Shown here in pieces: positions 57,849-64,000 of a stretch of 64,000 nt of DNA; positions within the stretch are counted from its first letter, which is position 1, and each line of letters begins with the position of its first letter. The notes beneath the pieces are model-generated. The model was not told where the DNA came from. It did no database searches and saw nothing but the letters and a program-made list of their open reading frames with translations. The position numbers were made by a program, and so were the translations under genes. Location: positions 288,001 through 352,000 of the forward strand of contig CAVTRY010000011.1 in NCBI GenBank assembly GCA_963737265.1. Direction: 5' to 3'. Origin of the DNA: an uncultured delta proteobacterium (GTDB taxonomy: Bacteria; Myxococcota_A; Polyangia; Fen-1088).

Positions 57849-60682
57849 CTAGCCTCCGAAGAACTGATTCAAGAGATCCATGTCCAGGCGGACCTGTTTG
57901 CCATTCACGTCGTGCACGACAACCTGATACCCGTCTTCGTTCAGAAATTCTGCCATCAGCGCCACGCGACCGCCGACGTTTCGCAGTGCCTCGCCAAGCC
58001 GCCCGGCAAAAACGTCCTCGGCCACGCGGCCATTGTATTCGACCAAAAGCTCGACCGCGGGGATTACGCGCTTGGTGAGTTCCAGCTTGCGAGGCTTTTC
58101 GAGATCGGCAAAGACCTCGCCAAGGCGCATCGCCCACTTGGAAATCGTGGCGACGGGAACCGCAGGTGGTGGTACCGGTTCCGGCGCGACGGATGGCAGG
58201 ACCAGCTGCGAAGTGGCGACCGGAGTCTTGGGTTTGGGCCCCTTGGCGGGCATCTTGTCTTGCGCCGGCGATACCATCTGCTTCTCGACGGGCACGCTGA
58301 GGTGCCACCATGCTGGGACCGGGTAGGCGACGACGTCCAAGGCTTCGCCCTCTTCACCAGCGATGGCGCTCAGATCTTGTGAACCGATCATCAACACTGG
58401 CGTCACGACCTCGGCCAGGCTTGCGCCACCGTGCTCGCCCACGTGGCGCTGACTGACGTACCGATCGGTCTCGGCGAAAAGTGCGGCAAGTCGCTTGGAC
58501 TTGCGGCTGACATAAGCATTGGGCCCCGAGAAAACGACCTCGTGGTCGTTTGCGGGCGCGCCTTCGTCCAGCTCGCGAAAGCGCGGGTTCTCGGTCTTTC
58601 CAGCGCTCACGCTGGTGTGCGGACGCGCGCTGGTCACGTGCCCGTGATCCGCAATCAACAGCACCGCTCGACCGGCATCGCGAGACAAAGTCAGCAGCGG
58701 TTCAAGGGCCTTGATGGTCGTGCGGTTCGCGGAGACCTGATAGCCGGGTTTGCCGGTCAGTTGGTCGTCGACGGCATTGACGACCACGCCCACCACCCGC
58801 TCGCTGCCTTCCACCAGTTTTCGCGCGATCCCGGTAAGCTCGCCGGTCAAGCTCTCGGCATCGGTTCGCAAGAGCAAGGTCGGCCCATCGCCGAATGCCT
58901 TCACGAAGGCTTTGTTCTCACGCAGGCGTTCGGGGTCACGCACGGTCAAAAGTTGTTCGCCTGGTTGCAAGAGCCTGCCGGCGAACAAGGCCGAGCGGCT
59001 AACGTCTGTCATTGTCGGCAGGGCTGCAATCATGGGTGCGGGCAGCCCAGGGCGCAGTGCCTTGGGTGGTTGCCAGCGCAGGGGTGAATAGCCGAGGTCA
59101 CGAATGTCGAGAATGATCTCGGCTGCGGTCGCCCAGGACATGCCATCCATCAGAAGGATCAGTAGGCGACGATGGTCACCTTCTTTCAGGAAGCTGACGG
59201 CCAGGTCCCCCAAAGCGTTCTCGATGGGCAAGACCCGGCCGGATCTTCGGGTCTCGTTCCACGGTACGAGGGCACGGGCAAACCTGCGGTCCATTTGGTC
59301 GCGGTAGGCATCGGCGGCATCAGCCACACGGACGATGGCTGCATCCAAGGCATCGTTGGTATCGCCGCCGCGAACCAGGCCCCGCGCGTGGTCCACGAAA
59401 CCACCTTCGCAGGCGAAGGATTCCGCCAGGCGGAACATGGTGTCCGTGGGCGGCGAGTCCTTGAGCTCGATGGCCCAGTCGGGGCGCACCGACAAATAGG
59501 CCAGCAGGCGCAGGCCCATCATTGTTCGCGCCAAGGAGGCCGCGTTCTCAGCCAAGCCGGCCAAGTGGTGGCCTGCAAGCTGGTTGTAGATTTCCGATGC
59601 CTTGGCAATCGCCGCGCGAGGCACGGTGCCCTCACCGTCATTCTTGACGCCCGCGACCGCACCTTCCAGCACGGCGGCCAGGCTGGCCTTCAGCCCTTCA
59701 AATCCCGCCGTCAGGTAGCGACTGCTGCGTAACACATCGTGTAGGGCGGGTTCGGCAACCAAGGCGTCGGCTCGCTTGAGAACGCTCGTGGCCCTATCCC
59801 CAAGTCGCAGCTTGAGGCCGGGGGCAAGTTCGAGCCCAGCGATCAACGAGCGCCTCGGGAGCCACTCCCTTCACCTCGCCGAACTCACGCAAGCGCAGGC
59901 TGAGGAAGACTTTGACCGCTCCTTCGTTCTTGCTTGCGACCAGCGCGTCCAAGACGAAGGCCATCGCCGCCACGTCCGGCGCGTTCCCCGTGCGCCAGTT
60001 GCGCCAGCACAGACTGGCGATGGGGCCCGCGGCGTTGGCCCAAAAGTCCTCCAAGGCAGCCGCCAGACCGGGAATTTCGGCCAGTAGCTTGTCTAGCAGC
60101 GGATCCGCGGCAGCCAACGGACGAAAGGCCAAGAAATCGACCACGCCGTCCTCGGTCAGCGTCTCTTCTGTCGGCAGACCGATCGTTCTGCTTAGAAAGC
60201 TGCGCCAAGCGGTCGTGAGGTCAATGGTTGTCGCGGCCTTGGCGGCGGGGAAGTTCCAGCTCGCCCGTAGCAGGGCGTTGGCCAGTGGGTTGTCGACCAG
60301 GGTAGGGGAGACCCGCTGCACGCCGAACAGGTTCCCCAGACGTCGCTCGGGGCTGATGTATTGGATCCGGCCACCGGCAAGGCGGCCGAGGATGTCCAAT
60401 GGCAGCCGCTCATCGGAGTCCACGAGGAGTGCAACGTCCCTTCGCTTGGATTCGGCATCCACCAGGGCCTGACGGATCTCCAATTCACAATGGACCGGGA
60501 CGACATCGAAGGTGCGCGGGCCATCCTTGAGCGACACCTCGACGTGGGCCAGTTCCCCTCGCCCGAAGAACGCGGTGATGAATGTTCCCCCGCGAGGATC
60601 CTTGCGATGTCTCTGGCTGTGAAATTGCGCCAGCTCAGCACGCAAGTCGTTCGAGCGACAGATAGGGAGCCTCGGTCGACAT
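57849..60682 (-). CDS. pglZ: BREX-2 PglZ phosphodiesterase; two +1 frameshifts (~60650, ~59829)
   Basis: LLMDGMS, LPTMT..SR..LF.G, NAVDD, ADHGH and HGGASLAE; ATG 60682 follows the pglY stop; 943 aa after removing one T from each GTTCGAGC. Confidence 0.88.
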
Positions 60683-60684
60683 TC

Positions 60685-63600
60685 CTACTTGTTTTCTCCT
60701 CGCACGATCTGCCACGACAACAACAACTCCGCATCGTCGCCCGACGTCTCAAGCGCAGTAATGGCTTCTTTGGTGACTCGGGCGACTTCCTCCACCGCGC
60801 CGCCACGACGAATAGCTTTCGATCGCCCCTGCTTGACGACGGGCCCGGCCGGCACAACACCCGGCGTTTGCCCTCCGTCGGGCGTTCGGTGATGCAACAG
60901 CTTTTGCGCGCGCAACGCGCACTCTTGCAGCCCGGCCACCAAGGGTTGGTTCAACTCGTCGGCAGTGAGGATTCGATGGACATCCGTCAAAATCCCCCTC
61001 GCGACATCACCTTCAACCTCGGCCAGGGCCAGGAAGTTGTTGAACAGAAGGTCGCTCTTGAGGAAATCGAGAACCGCCACCGCATTCTTAATGTGCCGTT
61101 GCATGGCTTGCAGTGATGTGCGCACCCCGACCTGGGCAAGACCACTCACCTGGCTAACCGGATCCGGCGTCGCCACGACCGCCAGAAGATTCGCCACTGC
61201 CTCCGCGGTCTGCAGTCGCGCGTTCCCCTGCGGTAGGACGGGCACCTGGGCTACGCGTCGTCCAAGGTTCTCCGCGATCAGGTGGGCATTGTCCGCCTGT
61301 GCCCGCTGCACGGCCTGGGTCAGCTTGTTCGAGAACAAGCGCAGATTATTGACGTTCAAAGCCTTGCTGATCGCGATGCCAAACAGCGTTCCGGCTCGGT
61401 CGACCGCCTCGTTCCACTCGGTCTGCGAGGGCAACGGCGTCTGCACCAGCTCCCACTCCGAGCCGAACTTGCCCAGCTTGATTTCCACTGCGGGCCGACC
61501 GTCGCGCAAAATCTCGCGATGGCTGACCAAGGCGTAGCAGCGCACCATGAAGTCCGCGACCTCGGGCAGCAACCCTCGAGCGCCCACAGGATCCAGACAA
61601 TGCTTCACCTGGCGCACCGTGGGCGTGTCGATGCCTTCTGCGCGCAGTTGCTGGTCGATTTCCTGCTGAAAGATCGGACGCAGGCGCACCATGGCCTCGG
61701 ACAGCTCGACGATGTTCAATTGGTAGGTGACGGCGTAGTCCTCCAAGTCGCCGCGGCTGACCGGCAGGCGCTGCTCCACCTCGCCGCACAGGCGTTCGAA
61801 CGCTTCGAAGGATTTTTCCAGGCGTCCCACGCTCACCGGCTTGTCGGCGGGCTCGAAATATGGATGGCGCGGGTAGCGCGATTCCATCAATTCGCCCACC
61901 GCGGACTGCACTGCGCGCGAGAAATCGGTCTGCGCCGGCGTGCGCAGCTGGCAGTTGGGATAAAGCGAGAAAAAGTGCTTCTCGATAGTGCGCGACTCGT
62001 CCAGGTCGGAGAGGCCACCGTCCGCTGATTGCAGTCCGTAGGCGACAGCCAGCGCCTTGCGCACCAGGGCCCGCTTCTGGTTGCGTAGGTGATCGAGCGC
62101 GGTGCGCGCCCGCTGCTGCTCGTCGGGGCGCATGCTGCCCATGTGGTGCTTGTAGTTGTCGCCCTCCATGATCCGGTCGATGATCACCAGCTCGCCCAGG
62201 GCGCGCTGAACCTTCTCGCCGAAGAAACTCGGGATCCAAACGATAACCGGTGAATTGCGCCCCTCCTCCAGCAGGCTGGCGATGCGGGCGTCGTCCTCGT
62301 CCGGACCGTGCCCAGCCTGATCGAAGGGGTAGTCCACGACCAGGCGAAAATCGTGGTCGCGCGGCACCTGGAACATGACCGGGTCAAGCTCGCGGACATT
62401 GCCATACACAACCAATCCGACGCGCTTCGAGCCACGCCAGGTGACCTTGTGTTCGATCTCGCTGCCGGTCCCTTCCAACTCGAGCGCGAGGTAGAGGATC
62501 TCTTGCAGCTTCGCCTTCCGGGCGCCCTCGGTGTTGAAGCTGCGGGCGTCCTCGATGATCTTGGTGGTATCGATGTCGTCCAAGACCAACGACACCGTGG
62601 GATCGCCGCCATCCCCCACGCGCAGGTTGTGGACCGCCGCGGCCCATTCGCGCAGAAGGCTGGCGACCTTTTGGCTTTCGGCGCCGGGAACGATTGTCTT
62701 CACGGTGCCGTGGTTCAGTTGCACCAGTCGCGACACCGTCAGATCGCGCAAGGACTTCACCTTGGGCACCAGCGCCGCCAGGATCAGCGTCTTGATCAGA
62801 CGTTGGTCGGCACGTTCATCACCGCTGCCATGGGCGCGCAGCACCGGTAGCAGATCGAACTCGAACACGCGCTTGGCCTGGCGGAACAGGGCGCGGTGGG
62901 TGCCGTCCATGGGCTCTTCACCGGCGGCCAGGACATCGTACAGCTCGCCCACTGGAACCACCTGTCCCAGCTGGAAATCGGGCATGTGCTCGGGGATGTG
63001 CTCGACCAGCAGCTCCATCAGCACCTTCAGGGCCGTGCGCTCGCGCTGAAGCAAATGCGACAGGGCGATCAGCGTCTCGACCAGCACGGGCGAGAAGGGA
63101 TAAACCTTGCGGAAGGCCGTCTCGCTGCCTTCGCTGCCCAGGAGCGTGCCGAACTGGTTGTTGGACAGCCCGGCGCGCAGCTTGGCGAACGCCTGGTCCA
63201 AGATCTGGCGCGCCTCGGGCGATTTCGGGCACACCACGCGCTTCTCGATAATCTCGGGCAGGTTCTTGGTCGCCCAGCTCGATGGTGTTGAAACGTCCCT
63301 TCCAGTAGTCCAGGGCCTGGCGCAGGCTCTCGTGCTCGGGACCGATGAATTCTTCCCCGACCATGTCGGCGATGTCGCGCTGGCGGGCGACGAAGCTGAC
63401 GATGGGTGCGCCGCCGGCCTGGGTTTGCCGTTCGACCAACTTGCTCAGTTTGGGCACCTCGCGGGTCAGGCGCGCCTTGTCGGCCGCGATGCTGGCCAGC
63501 CACAGGACCAGCTCGTCCAGGAACAGGACCACGGCGTCAACCTTCAGGTGGTCCTGGGCGTGGCGACACATGGCCGACAGTCCTTCATCGAAGCTGACAA

Positions 63601-64000
63601 AGCCGTGCTTGCCCTGGGAGAAGGCCTTGAAATAGGTACGCGTGAGAGCCGTCACCAGTTGCGCCCGCACCTCGGGATCGGGGCTGTTGCCAGCGTCGTC
63701 GAAGCGGCCTGCATCCCAAGCCTGCGCGGTCTTCAGCTTGCCCCAACCACCGCCAGCCGCTGCGGGTTGGCCTTCGTTCAACCCCTTAAAGAAGGCGTCG
63801 TCGCCGATGCGCTGGCGCAGGGCCTGGGCATCACTCAGCAGATTCGAATCCGCGAACAGGGCCGGCAAGGGCGCCTCGGGATGGTTGGCCTGCACGTGAC
63901 GGACGTAGCCACCGAATACGTTCTGCTCGATGGACTCGGCGTCGATCATGTTGAAGTGAAGGCGCAAAATCGTCCGTTGCTTCAGCCATTCGTGCTTGGC
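60685..64000 (-). CDS. pglY: BREX-2 PglY ATPase, 5'-truncated by window edge; +1 frameshift at ~63268
   Basis: VVLFLDELVLWLA, SFVARQRD, YPFSP.LV..L..LS..LQRERTALK and LNHG; frame is open to position 64000. Confidence 0.85.

Noticed and set aside
23512-63270. Programmed frameshifting or true pseudogenisation of the split genes
   Set aside because: No slippery runs at the sites, no other decay, and the shared motif occurs on either strand relative to the gene, which favours sequencing error.

Overview
High-GC window with a Myxococcota-like (Polyangia-like) gene content: a Ser/Thr kinase-ATPase, many Gly/Thr-rich lipoproteins, a sigma-54 activator and a PilT paralog. The taxonomy is inferred from gene content only. 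The left ~49 kb holds lipoprotein CAZymes (GH53, GH12, GH16, GH2, alginate-lyase-like), a metallophosphoesterase / di-heme peroxidase / HupE-UreJ operon, a dedicated grpE-hsp70-unknown-J-protein operon, a KimA-like transporter, tpx and egtB/egtD. To the right are a complete IS21 element (49109-51601, 7-bp target duplication), a cNMP-TrxB / zf-UBP pair, tRNA-Gly(CCC) and the distal part of a type 2 BREX (Pgl) locus (pglY-pglZ-brxD-brxHI) that runs off the right edge. Seven +1 frameshifts split six otherwise intact genes. Five fall in the same 8-mer, GTTCGAGC (repaired by GTCGAGC), which suggests methylation-driven basecalling errors rather than real pseudogenes. The best candidates for uncharacterised systems are the Hsp70 operon and the phosphatase/peroxidase/HupE operon. 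All family calls come from motif recognition by eye; no searches were run.
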